From the NCBI GenBank assembly GCA_963745075.1, contig CAVUWV010000031.1, forward strand, positions 128,001 to 192,000: a DNA stretch of 64,000 nt. The letters are read 5' to 3'. Positions 20,013 to 29,872 of this stretch are shown here, piece by piece (the stretch's first letter is position 1; every line of letters starts with the position of its first letter). A model generated the notes under the pieces. The model was not told where the DNA came from. It made no database searches and saw only the letters and a program-made list of their open reading frames with translations. A program made the translations under genes and the position numbers. The stretch is from Candidatus Hydrogenedentota bacterium (lineage in GTDB: Bacteria; Hydrogenedentota; Hydrogenedentia; Hydrogenedentales; SLHB01).

Positions 20013-21123
20013 GGCTCCCCTTTCCGACCGCGGCCAGCACCTCCTCCGCGGCGCGTCGGCTGGCGCCGGGATCGCCGAGACGATCCCGGACAGTTTGCAG
20101 TTCGTTCACCATCTCCGTACGGGCCGGGCCGTCGTCGAGGAGTTCGAGCGCGACGGGCAAGATATTGCGGACTGTGGCCTCGTGCTGCACGAATTCCGGC
20201 ACGATGCGTTTCCCAGCAAGGATGTTCACCATTCCGATGTGATCCACCCGAACCAGCAGACGCGCCAACCAGTAGGTAATCGGCGCCACGCGATAGAGAA
20301 TCACCATGGGAACGCCAAAGAGCGTCGTTTCGACTGTGGCAGTGCCGGAGGCTACGAGACAGAACCGGGCACCATCCAGCACTTCGTAGGTCTTGCCAAT
20401 GACAGTCTCCACAGGGAAGTCACCGGCGATGCCGCGAATTTGCGCTTCACGGGCCTCGTCCACGCAGGGAACGACAAAATGCGCGTCGGGATGTTTCTCC
20501 TTAATGCCGCGCGCCACATCAATCATCGTGCCGAGCAACCGGCCAATCTCCTGTTCGCGGCTGCCGGGCAGGAGGCCGATGACCAGCCCCTCTCGGTAGA
20601 GTCCTTCGATGGGTGTCGCGGCGATATGGTCCAACAAAGGATGGCCCACAAACGTGCAATCGACGCCGACCGCTTCGTACAGCCGCTTTTCAAAGGGCAG
20701 GATTACGAGCACTTTGCGGACGATCCGGGCGATGGTGAACACCCGGCCCCGTTTCCAGGCCCAGACCTGGGGGCTGATATACCAGACCACGGGGATATCG
20801 AGCATCGCGGCCCGCTTGGCGATCTGAATGTTGAACCCGGGATAGTCGATGACCACCAGGCCGTCGGGCGCCTCGTATTCGAAGCCGCGCACGGTTTCGA
20901 CGTAGAGGCGTTTGAAGAAGGCGAAGTGTTTCACCACTTCGATGAACCCCATGATGGCGTTGCTGGCGAGGTCATGCCGCAGTTCCATGCCGGCGGCTTT
21001 CATCCGTTTCCCGCCCAGCCCGACACATTGGACCTCCGGGTCCAGTTCGCGAAGGGCGTGAATGAGGTTGGCGCCGTGAAGGTCGCCCGACGATTCGCCG
21101 GCTGAAAAGAAGATACGCGTCAC
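20005..21123 (-). CDS. lpxB: Lipid-A-disaccharide synthase
   Basis: FSAGESSGDLHG, IDYPGFN, SPQVWAW, ILPFE, LLPGSR and ASGTAT; GTG start overlaps the upstream stop. Confidence 0.95.
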   Translation of the reverse strand: MTRIFFSAGESSGDLHGANLIHALRELDPEVQCVGLGGKRMKAAGMELRHDLASNAIMGFIEVVKHFAFFKRLYVETVRGFEYEAPDGLVVIDYPGFNIQIAKRAAMLDIPVVWYISPQVWAWKRGRVFTIARIVRKVLVILPFEKRLYEAVGVDCTFVGHPLLDHIAATPIEGLYREGLVIGLLPGSREQEIGRLLGTMIDVARGIKEKHPDAHFVVPCVDEAREAQIRGIAGDFPVETVIGKTYEVLDGARFCLVASGTATVETTLFGVPMVILYRVAPITYWLARLLVRVDHIGMVNILAGKRIVPEFVQHEATVRNILPVALELLDDGPARTEMVNELQTVRDRLGDPGASRRAAEEVLAAVGKGSHG

Positions 21124-22073
21124 GGGTGCTCCCGGATCGAATCGACCACTTGCTGCGCGATCGTCAGTGCCTCGAGTGCGTCCTCGCCGGATACGACCGG
21201 GCGTCGCCGCTCCCGGACGCATTGAACGAACGACGCGAGTTCGAGTTTGAGCGGCTCGTCTTTATGCACGTCAAGGGGTTCGACCGTGATGAGGTCCATG
21301 GGCGTCATATCCTCTTCCAGTGGACCGGGTTTCTTGCGGTACACCAGCACTTCCTGCGCGCTGTAATCGGTGGAAACATAGCTGTCCCGCGCGAAAATCC
21401 GGATCTTTCGCATCCGCTCGACGGAGACTCGGCTGCAGGTGATGTTTGCCACGCAGCCCGAGGCGAAGCGGATCCGGGCGTTGGCGATGTCTTCGAATTT
21501 GGAAAAGACGGGCACGCCGACGGCATCTACGGCGGTTACGGGTTCTCCGACGAGGGACCGGACAATTTCGAGGTCGTGAATCATCAGGTCCAGTACGACG
21601 CTCACGTCATCACCCCGGTTCGGATAGGGGCTCAGCCGGTGACATTCGATAAACTTGGGTTCGCGTACGGAATTGAACAGGGCCACGACCGCGCCGTTAA
21701 ACCGCTCGATATGCCCCACCTGGAGGAGCCGGCCGTGCGACTCGGCGGAGGCCACCATGCGCTGGGCCTCGTCGATCGTCGTTGCGATCGGTTTCTCGAC
21801 CAAAACGTCCACGCCGGACTCGAGGAATTGGACGGTCACATCATGGTGCGCGACGGTCGGCACGACCACCGACACGGCATCGACGCCGGCGCGGATCAAT
21901 TCATTGACGGCGCCGAACGCGGGCGTGTCAAAATCCTTCGCGGCCTTTCCGCGGCGGTCCGAATCCGTATCCACAACGCCGGCGAGCGCCACATCTTCCA
22001 GTGCCGCATAGTTGCGTGCGTGATGGTAACCAAGGTGTCCAACGCCGACGACACCGACGCGTAGGGGAGTCAT
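21120..22073 (-). CDS. Gfo/Idh/MocA oxidoreductase, probable UDP-GlcNAc 3-dehydrogenase (GnnA-like)
   Basis: GVGHLG, EKP, GHIERFN and DLMIHD; lies between lpxA and lpxB. Confidence 0.8.
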   Translation of the reverse strand: MTPLRVGVVGVGHLGYHHARNYAALEDVALAGVVDTDSDRRGKAAKDFDTPAFGAVNELIRAGVDAVSVVVPTVAHHDVTVQFLESGVDVLVEKPIATTIDEAQRMVASAESHGRLLQVGHIERFNGAVVALFNSVREPKFIECHRLSPYPNRGDDVSVVLDLMIHDLEIVRSLVGEPVTAVDAVGVPVFSKFEDIANARIRFASGCVANITCSRVSVERMRKIRIFARDSYVSTDYSAQEVLVYRKKPGPLEEDMTPMDLITVEPLDVHKDEPLKLELASFVQCVRERRRPVVSGEDALEALTIAQQVVDSIREHP

Positions 22074-22151
22074 GCAAGAAACCCTTCGGGATGAATGCCG
22101 GGCCATACGCCCAGGGCAATTGACGCTGCCGTATTGCTTCGTATTTGCGAA

Positions 22152-22941
22152 CTACTTCGTAATGCCACGAATGGAATTCTGAACAAAATCAATGAAGTGG
22201 GTCCGTTCCGGGCACTCGTCGACGGACGCTTCGATTTCATAGATCGCCTGCGTCGTATTCAGGGTTGACCGGAACATGATTTTGTATATGGTCTTGATAC
22301 TGGATCGCGCTTCGTCGGACACTCCGTTTCGCTGGAGCCCACGGGTGTTGGGCCCGCAACACCGGGCCGGGTTTCCATCCACGATCATGAAGGGTGCAAC
22401 GTCATGCCACACGCGACTCAGCCCGCCAATCATCGCCATCTTGCCGACGGCACAGAACTGATGGATGGCGCTGAGCCCGCCGATGATGGCGCAGTCTTCG
22501 ACCTTCACATGTCCGGCCAAGGCGACGCAGTTCGCAAGGATGACGTTGCTGCCAACGTCGCAATCATGTCCGACGTGCGCGCAGGTCATGATGAGGCAAT
22601 CGTCGCCGATGCTGGTGATACGGTGCTCGTCTTCATAGCTGCTCATCGTGCTCGCGCTGATGGTGGCGTGTTCGCGAATCACGTTGCGGTCTCCGATCTC
22701 CAGGCGCCCGACAAATTCGCTTTTCTGCTTGAGATCCTGCGAGACGACGCCGACCTGAGCGCCGGAGTAGAGGCGATTGCCCTGGCCCAAAACGGTACGG
22801 CCATCGATGACACAATGGGGACCCACCGACGGTCCCGGATCCGATACGTACCTGCGCTCCGATGATGCTGTACGCCTGAATCTCGACATCGTCGGCCAAC
22901 TCGGCGTTGCCATCGACGATCGCTGTCGGATGAATGCTCAT
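22152..22941 (-). CDS. lpxA: UDP-GlcNAc acyltransferase LpxA (one extra G near 22826 splits the frame)
   Basis: MSIHPTAIV...IGSGTV in one frame continues as VGPHCVIDG...QDLK...HVGHDC...LAGHV...HQFC in the next; removing one G restores a full-length gene. Confidence 0.9.
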
Positions 22942-23366
22942 GCGATGTGTCACTTCCGCCCTCGCTCCCGAGGCTTTTGGACGCACGTCACGATCCGTCG
23001 TTCACTGGATTGCCCGCAACACTGGACCCTGGCCGAGGTCGATGAACCGTGGCGAATATCGTGCGCACTTACCACCCGCCCCGTGGTACCGCGTGCGGGT
23101 TCATGGGGTTTGGTCCTCGCCGTCACTTTGTCCCGAACTCGGCATATCGTCGCTGCACCAGAAGACGATGTTCAGGATGGATGGTACCCCAGAGGTGTTA
23201 GGGATAGCACAATCGGGGTTGGAAATCAAGCGAGCCGCGCGATTTACGGGCTACGCGTCCCGGGGTGAGAGGGCGACCTCGCCCTTCAAAGCAGCGTTGG
23301 TTCGGGCATCGTGTCGAACCGACCGTGGGCCCGGGCGCCTCCATGCTTCCGGGCCCGCGGCGGTGG

Positions 23367-24518
23367 CTATTTGATGATGGGGAATTTCAGGACGAACTCG
23401 GCGCCTTCGTACTCGTTCTCACTGAGTACGACTTCGCCATTATGACGCCGCATAATGTTCTTTACCGCGGCCAACCCAAGGCCCGTACCGCCCTTGCCCT
23501 TGGTGGAGTAGAACGTATCGAAGATCTTGGTGCGGTTTTCCTCGGGAATACCCGGGCCCGTGTCTCCGACGGCGACACAAATATAGTCCGGGTCGCGCCA
23601 GGTCCGGATGAGGATCTCCCGGGGCGGGGCCTGGCCATCCATCGCCTGGCAGGCGTTGGTAATCAGATTCAATACGGCTTGCCGCATCAGTACGAAATCC
23701 CCTTCACACAGGGGGATATGCTGTTCGAGTTCGCGATTCACTTTGACCGCCATCTTTTGCATGAGCGGCATACTTACCGTGAGGCACGTTTCCACCACAT
23801 CGTTGATGTTCAGAATGGAGAACCGTTGGGTTTCGTGGCGCAGAAAGTTCATGGCGGACCGAACGATATCCGTGCAGAGACCGATTTGGCCGTGCATCAT
23901 CTGCAAACGGTCGGGAGTCGGCACGACTTCCGGGCGGTTGAGAATCATCTCGAGTTGACCGGTAATCACGGCCAACGGCGTACCCAAATCGTGAAGCATG
24001 CCGGATACAAACCTGCCCAGCGTCTCGAACCGGTTGGCTTCCATGGCCAGTTCTTCCATGCGCCGCCGTTCCAATTCCTTCTCGCGTTTGTCCAGCCCTT
24101 CTTCGACGTGCCGGAGCATGACCTTCGCGTCGAATGGTTTTACGATGTAGGCCAGCGCGCCGTACTCGACGGCGTTCATGGCCGAATCCAGTTCGCCGAA
24201 CCCGGTCAGGATAATTACTTCGGTTTCGGGGAACTTGGTCTTGGTCCAGCGCAATAATTCGACACCGGATTGTTTGGGCATGCGGAGGTCGGTGATTACG
24301 AGATCGACCGGTTCGGATCGCAGCACTTGTTGCGCTTTCGATACATCCTCCGCGATGAGAACTTCATGGTCTGCTTTCAGGAGCATTCGGAGGGCCTGCC
24401 GCGGCCCGTTTTCGTCGTCGACGATCAGAATTCTCCCGCGAATAGCCTGCTTTGAAATCGGTCCCATTTCTCTACCCATCCCCAGCGTTTCCGGAGCCGC
24501 AACCGTTAGGATACCCAT
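23367..24518 (-). CDS. Hybrid receiver-histidine kinase
   Basis: ILIVDDE, DLRMP, KP, then MLHDLGTPL, NLITNA, DTGPG and GTGLGL. Confidence 0.9.
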   Translation of the reverse strand: MGILTVAAPETLGMGREMGPISKQAIRGRILIVDDENGPRQALRMLLKADHEVLIAEDVSKAQQVLRSEPVDLVITDLRMPKQSGVELLRWTKTKFPETEVIILTGFGELDSAMNAVEYGALAYIVKPFDAKVMLRHVEEGLDKREKELERRRMEELAMEANRFETLGRFVSGMLHDLGTPLAVITGQLEMILNRPEVVPTPDRLQMMHGQIGLCTDIVRSAMNFLRHETQRFSILNINDVVETCLTVSMPLMQKMAVKVNRELEQHIPLCEGDFVLMRQAVLNLITNACQAMDGQAPPREILIRTWRDPDYICVAVGDTGPGIPEENRTKIFDTFYSTKGKGGTGLGLAAVKNIMRRHNGEVVLSENEYEGAEFVLKFPIIK

Positions 24519-24558
24519 GGTTTTTCAACCCCCTGCGTTACAAGTCGGGCTAGTTAGG

Positions 24559-24575
24559 AGCAAGATAGGTGCCAA
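24559..24575 (-). promoter_or_regulatory. sigma54 (-24/-12) promoter of the hybrid kinase gene
   Basis: Minus strand TTGGCACCTATCTTGCT, a full match to TGGCAC-N5-TTGC. Confidence 0.8.
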
Positions 24576-24640
24576 TGTGTCAACAATTTGTCAAGTCGGT
24601 TTATGTTAACTCTTTACAACTGTCAATTTGACGAAGAATC

Positions 24641-24696
24641 TGTACATTTTTGTACAGCAATCACCAAAACACGGATTCCCTGTACATTTTTGTACA
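24641..24696. promoter_or_regulatory. Two identical TGT-N10-ACA palindromic sites (putative enhancer-binding protein UAS)
   Basis: TGTACATTTTTGTACA at 24641-24656 and 24681-24696, upstream of the sigma54 promoter. Confidence 0.7.
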
Positions 24697-24802
24697 AACG
24701 AAATCGCCCGGAAGAAGTATGCATATCGGTGTAAGGGACAGGGAGCTATTACTTTTTGGGGACCACCGGTTTCCGGTTCGGGACCGGCTGCCAAAAAGAG
24801 GC

Positions 24803-24831
24803 TTGCAGTTTACGAAGCGCTGTGGTTAAAT
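24803..24831 (+). promoter_or_regulatory. Putative sigma70 promoter of the structured leader
   Basis: TTGCAG-N17-TTAAAT; shares TGTGGTTAAAT with the ompA-proximal promoter. Confidence 0.45.
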
Positions 24832-24837
24832 AGCGTC

Positions 24838-25126
24838 TTCGCCGTTCCAATGGAGCGGACGAGAAAATGCAAACAAGAGTGTTAGAACGAGAACCGACGG
24901 GAAAACGTGATATGGGCAGCATATTCAAACATGCCGACGCGCAACACGCCGTGAAGCACGGGGTAGCGTGGTGCACCATGTCCACGTTTATTCGTGGCGT
25001 GGCCCGAGTACCCGCCTGCGGTTCTCGTCTCGAGGTGCAGCTATTGACGTAGCGACTTAGAGAAAAAAGCTCAAACAAACCGAGCGCCGCAGGCGAGAAT
25101 CCACCGCCTGCGGCGCTTTTACTTTT
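24838..25126 (+). ncRNA. Candidate structured cis-regulatory leader RNA (attenuator/riboswitch-like)
   Basis: Nested stems 24887-24896/25019-25028 and 24897-24915/24976-24995; alternative pairing 25013-25027/25081-25095; terminator 25083-25120. Confidence 0.5.
25083..25126 (+). terminator. Intrinsic terminator
   Basis: AGCGCCGCAGGCG-N9-CGCCTGCGGCGCT followed by TTTACTTTT. Confidence 0.8.
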
Positions 25127-25328
25127 CGAGTATGCAATCTTTTTTTGGGCGGTTCCGGGTGGTCCGGGGCCGAGTCAATAACCACAAGGAGACGCAGCAT
25201 GAAATTCCGACATCACGACGCCGTGCTCATTACGGTGCCCCGCTGGGGCAAGCGAATGTGCACGAACCGATCCCAATTATCCGGTGATAACGAAAACTCA
25301 AGACGATGTAGAAAAGGAGAGTCCAGTC

Positions 25329-25760
25329 ATGGCACGGTTCAATGCGGAGTTCTGGGAGATTCCAACTCAGTCCGCCTATCTCGATAATATTCCGTCCGAG
25401 CGGGCCTTGTGGTTTGAGACAGATGAAGACCGCGAGCGGCGGTACGCACTGCACGATTTCTTCCGCAGCGTGTTGCCGTTCGTGAAAGACATCATCGATG
25501 CAAAATTGACGGCGCGACAGCGCGAGGTTTTGCGTCTGTATTACTTCTGCAACAAAACGCAGGAGGACATCGCCGCGATGCTGAACTTGTCGCAGTCGAC
25601 GGTCAGCCGGCACCTGTTCGGAACCGTCCGCAATGGGAAGAAGGTCGGCGGGGCACTTCCCAAGCTCCGGCGTGCCATTGAGGAACGGGATCATGTGCCG
25701 ATCCATTCGGCACTGGCCCAGTTGCGGACGCGCTTCGACGAAGCGACGGTCGCTGCATGA
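25329..25760 (+). CDS. Small sigma-70 region 4-like HTH protein
   Basis: AAGGAG RBS; LTARQREVLRLYY...TQEDIAAMLNLSQSTVSRHL; no recognisable sigma region 2. Confidence 0.75.
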   Translation: MARFNAEFWEIPTQSAYLDNIPSERALWFETDEDRERRYALHDFFRSVLPFVKDIIDAKLTARQREVLRLYYFCNKTQEDIAAMLNLSQSTVSRHLFGTVRNGKKVGGALPKLRRAIEERDHVPIHSALAQLRTRFDEATVAA

Positions 25761-25870
25761 AGCGGCTGACGGCACGCAATACGTGCGTAATGCGGATAGT
25801 GGCAGCCGGAGAAGGCGCCCGGACGTGCAGGTAACACGATACGGGACCCGCGGTACCGTAAAGTGAATGC

Positions 25871-26029
25871 TTGTAAGCGCCGGGCGCCTTTGATACACTG
25901 GAGTCCGGACACAAAACCGTGTACGGGTGGGGTACCGGGTGCGAGACCCCGGCGCAGGAGCCTTACACGTACAACTGTCAGTGGGTTATCGCTGCCCAAC
26001 TTGACAGCGTGGGGTCTTTGTGGTTAAAT
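25871..26029 (+). promoter_or_regulatory. Tandem sigma70-type promoters upstream of the OmpA-family gene
   Basis: TTGTAA-N17-TACACT (25871-25899) and TTGACA-N17-TTAAAT (26001-26029). Confidence 0.5.
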
Positions 26030-26076
26030 GTAGACTACCATGGATTTTAGTAAGCGGAACTAAGGAGACGACCACA

Positions 26077-26754
26077 ATGAAAAAACTACTGATTGGGGTA
26101 GTGGCGGTCATGCTGGTTGCCGGAAGCGCAACCGCTGCTACCTGCGGACCCAAGACCTGGGACGACATGTCCTGGTGGGGCAACACGGGCGCGACGCCCG
26201 AGCCGTATCCGGATCAAGGCGCGGCTGGATGCCCCGACTCGACCGCCCGGTCCTGCTATTGGTGGTGGCCGCAAGAGCCCGACACCAACAGCGGCGACAC
26301 GGAACTGTGGGGTAACCGAGGCGTTATTTATCACTGCTGGGAAAAACCCCCGATGCCGCCTCCGCCGCCACCCCCGCCGCCTCCGCCGCCTCCCGTGGTA
26401 CAGCGTACGGCGATCGTGCTCAACAACGTCTTGTTTGATTTCGACAAGGCCGTGTTGAAGCCGGAAGGCAAAGCGGAAGTGGACAAGCTGATCAATGAAA
26501 TGAAAGCCCATCCTGGCGACACGGTCGAGATCGAAGGGCATACGTGCGACCTCGGCAGTGAAGAGTACAACATGGGTCTTGGTCAGCGCCGTGCGGATGC
26601 TGTGAAGAGCTACATGGTTGAGAGCGGCATTGCCGCCGACCGCATCACGACGAAGAGCTACGGTGAAACCCAGCCGGCCGTGCCGAATGACGGGCCGGCG
26701 AACCGGAAGCTGAACCGGCGTGCGGTGTTCAACATCACGCTCGGCAGTGAATAA
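26077..26754 (+). CDS. OmpA-family peptidoglycan-binding protein with Trp/Cys-rich N-domain and polyproline linker
   Basis: Signal peptide; VLFDFDKA, IEGHTC, YNMGLGQRRA and NRR; AAGGAG RBS. Confidence 0.9.
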   Translation: MKKLLIGVVAVMLVAGSATAATCGPKTWDDMSWWGNTGATPEPYPDQGAAGCPDSTARSCYWWWPQEPDTNSGDTELWGNRGVIYHCWEKPPMPPPPPPPPPPPPPVVQRTAIVLNNVLFDFDKAVLKPEGKAEVDKLINEMKAHPGDTVEIEGHTCDLGSEEYNMGLGQRRADAVKSYMVESGIAADRITTKSYGETQPAVPNDGPANRKLNRRAVFNITLGSE

Positions 26755-26777
26755 CCCTTAGCGAACTGAAATCCTGC

Positions 26778-26817
26778 AAACCGCCCCGGTGTGCAACCCA
26801 CCGGGGCGGTTTTTTTG
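26778..26817 (+). terminator. Intrinsic terminator
   Basis: AAACCGCCCCGGTG...CACCGGGGCGGTTTTTTT. Confidence 0.85.
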
Positions 26818-27164
26818 TTCGGTCGAAGGCTGGAGGTGGCTGGTTTTCTGCCTGCTGACGCAGCGACTGCAACATGAATCGAGGTTTTCGGCCGTCATTC
26901 ACACAGCCGGGGGCGGCTGTGCCACACAACTCACTCCAAAGATTTGGTTTCGGCCCGCACTGATCAGTTCTTCCAAGACCTGGAACGAGAAGCCTGCGGA
27001 CTGATACTAGACAAGCGAGTGTGGGATAGCCGCCCCCGTCTTCTTGGGTGCCATCGCACGCGACCCTTCTATGCGTCGATCGGGACAGTCCGTTGATCCA
27101 TCGTGTCGTGAAATCGGTTACACTCGGGATCTGTGACCCGGCTTCGGACTGAAAGGAGTCCTCC

Positions 27165-28806
27165 ATGTCCCGAAGACTCATCGCAACCACCACATTGGCT
27201 ATCACTGTTGTTCTGCTTCCGGCCTACGCCGACCCCCTCGACGACGCAGCCCGAAATGGCGCGCAAGCTCAGGAAGCGTTGCAACGCAGCAAGCGCGTCA
27301 TGGACGCGTGGCTGGCCCGGGCGGACCCGATCACCGGTCTGCTTCAACGCCGGGGCACGCAGGACGTGTGGTACGTGCGGGATTCGGCAGCGGACCTGTA
27401 CCCCTTTCTCGTCATGGCGGCGTACTACACGGATCGCCCCACCTACGACACAACGATGAGCGCCATCCTGCGGAACGAATTGCGCTATTCGCGGCGCGTC
27501 GGCCAGTTGCCGGATAACGTCCCATTCGGTGGGCAAGGCTTCGAAGAATCCCGAAATCGACATGGACGAAATCCTCTTCGGCAATTGCGAGTACGTAAAG
27601 GATGGGCTGCTGCCGTTGTCGGAACTGCTCGGACATGGCCAATGGTACATTCGAATGCGAGGGATCACGGATGACATCATCGCGTACGCGCCGTACGACA
27701 CACCTTTCGGGAAGATGCCGTCGGTAAGCGCCGAAGTGAACGGAGAGCTGTTGCAGGCGTTGGTCCGTCTCGCGTACGCCACGAACGACCCTTCGTACAT
27801 CGATCAGGCCATCCGCATCGGCGATTTCTACTTCCAGGAAGTGATTCCACGGTCGAACGGTCTCCCCCATCTGTGGGACCTCGACGCGAGAAGACCCGCG
27901 TCAGACAAGTTCGTCCTCGCCGATCATGGCAATGAGATTCTCGGGGGCCTCTCCGAACTCGTCATGTATACCAAAGAGACCAAGAACCCGGCCTACGAAC
28001 GGTTCCGGGAACCCTTCACACGACTGGTCCACCAACTGCTCGATGTGGGTCTGAACGCGGACGGGCTGTTTTACACGTCCATCGCATTGGATACGTACGA
28101 ACCGGTCGATGCGCGTCACGCCCACTGCTGGGGCTACCTCTTCAATGGCGTGTATACCGCCTACCTCATCACGGGGGAGGCGCGGTTTCGCGACGCCACG
28201 CTCCACGCGCTCACGAAGGTTGTCGAGAAACCGACGACCTACCTGGACGACCCGGAGGGCAGCGGGCGCAACTATGGTTCCGATGCCTACTCGGACGCCC
28301 TGGAAAGCGCTATCGTGTTTCGCAACCGCTTCCCGGAGATCGTGGACGAGGGAGTGCTCGACACCTGCGTGAAGCGCTTCCTTGCGCGGCAGCGGGAAGA
28401 CGGCATCATCGAGGACTGGTATGGCGACGGCAACTACGTTCGCACAGCGCTGATGTACGCCCTGATGAAGTCGCAGGGCACGTGGGCGGAACCATGGCGG
28501 GACGATCTCAGATTGGGTGCGGTACCGGACGGAGACGGCGTGCTGATCGCGGTTGGCGCCGATCGGCCCTGGGAAGGCCGGATTCGCTTCGACGTGCCGC
28601 GGCACCGCTACGTCTTCAACATGCCGGTGAACTATCCGCGTCTGAACGAATGGCCGGAATGGTTCACGGTGGAGTTGGATCAACTTTATGCCGTCACCAT
28701 GGATGGCAACGAGTTCATTCGAAGCGGCGGCGAGTTGGCTCAGGGATTGCCGGTGACGATGGCCGGGCGGGCGGTCATTGCGGTACATAACGCAAAGACG
28801 CAATGA
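27165..28806 (+). CDS. Secreted hypothetical protein, possibly an (alpha/alpha)-barrel glycoside hydrolase-like protein; split by one extra base near 27546
   Basis: RBS and signal peptide at 27165; ORFs 27165-27674 and 27529-28806 join as ...GGQGF(E)NPEIDMDE... Confidence 0.6.
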
Positions 28807-28890
28807 CGCCAAGCCGCAAGGAGTCCACGCCATGGTGTTTTTTTGTTAAATAGCATTGTAATTTCTTGACGTTTTGAATAGAATGTCTGC

Positions 28891-29799
28891 ATGGACGATG
28901 GAGCCCCAAAAAGTGCATTAAGCCCGCTGCTGGACCGGTTTATGGAGTCGGCGGTGTTTGAGTCGGGTCTTGCCGAGGCGACACTGGCGGCGTACTCGGC
29001 GGATATTGCCACGTATCTTCAGTACCTGGAGTCGGTGGGGATTTCCGATTTGGACGCGGTAACGCGGGAACACGTGCTGGACCATCTGATCGCGCTGCGC
29101 AAAGAGGCGAAGTTGTCCGCGCGATCGGCGGCACGGCATCTCAGTGCCATTCGCGGGTTCCATGCCTTTCTACGCGGCGAACGGCTTACCAACTCGGACC
29201 CGGCCGAGGGCTTCGACGCGCCCCGCCTGACGCGGGCCCTCCCCCACGTGCTGTCGTCGACCGATATCGAACGAATGCTGGAGATGCCGGACTGCTCGAA
29301 GCCCGAGGGCGTTCGCGATGCGGCCATCCTGGAATTGTTCTACTCGTGCGGCTTGCGCATCTCCGAACTGGCAAAGCTTCCGTTGCGGGACATGTCGCTG
29401 GAGGAAGGCGCGGTGCGCGTGCACGGCAAAGGGTCGAAGGTTCGCTTGGTCCCGCTGGGCCAGCGCGCCATGGAACGCATCCGTGCCTGGATTGGCGTAC
29501 GGGGCTCCGGGAAGGTGCTGGACGATACGCTATTCCTCGGTTCCCGCGGGAAGCGGATGAGCCGAACGGGCGTCTGGCAGATCGTAAAGCGTTACGCGAG
29601 GTCTGCCAACATCCGGCAAAACGTGACGCCGCATATGTTACGGCATTCCTTCGCCACCCACTTGCTCGATAACGGCGCCGATCTCCGCGCCGTGCAGGAG
29701 ATGCTCGGGCACTCCGATATTGCCACGACCCAGATATACACGCACGTCAGCGCGGATCGATTGAGCAGGGCGCACCGCGCATTTCATCCGCGCGCGTGA
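28891..29799 (+). CDS. xerD: Tyrosine recombinase XerD
   Basis: YSCGLRISEL, GKGSK.R.VP, TPHMLRHSFATHLL and LGHSDIATTQIYTHV. Confidence 0.9.
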   Translation: MDDGAPKSALSPLLDRFMESAVFESGLAEATLAAYSADIATYLQYLESVGISDLDAVTREHVLDHLIALRKEAKLSARSAARHLSAIRGFHAFLRGERLTNSDPAEGFDAPRLTRALPHVLSSTDIERMLEMPDCSKPEGVRDAAILELFYSCGLRISELAKLPLRDMSLEEGAVRVHGKGSKVRLVPLGQRAMERIRAWIGVRGSGKVLDDTLFLGSRGKRMSRTGVWQIVKRYARSANIRQNVTPHMLRHSFATHLLDNGADLRAVQEMLGHSDIATTQIYTHVSADRLSRAHRAFHPRA

Positions 29800-29872
29800 A
29801 TTGATGGGAATCGGTTCCGGACGGGTGTTGGGGGAAACACCGATCGAACGACAAGCCCGGAGACCTTTACGA

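Noticed and set aside
22820..22830. Programmed frameshifting in lpxA and other split genes
   Set aside because: No slippery heptamers; the same +1 pattern occurs in unrelated genes.
23265..23362. Cluster of short hairpins downstream of the hybrid kinase
   Set aside because: Explained by a terminator plus chance GC-rich pairing; no tRNA or known RNA features.
25199..25387. ORF MKFRHHDAV... with an AAGGAG RBS
   Set aside because: Overlaps the HTH gene by 59 nt and has no recognisable motif; not called as a feature, though it may be part of the attenuated unit.
28891..29799. Tyrosine recombinase as an island integrase
   Set aside because: Typical housekeeping XerD next to coaBC; no att sites or cargo, and 30 kb from the comM islet.
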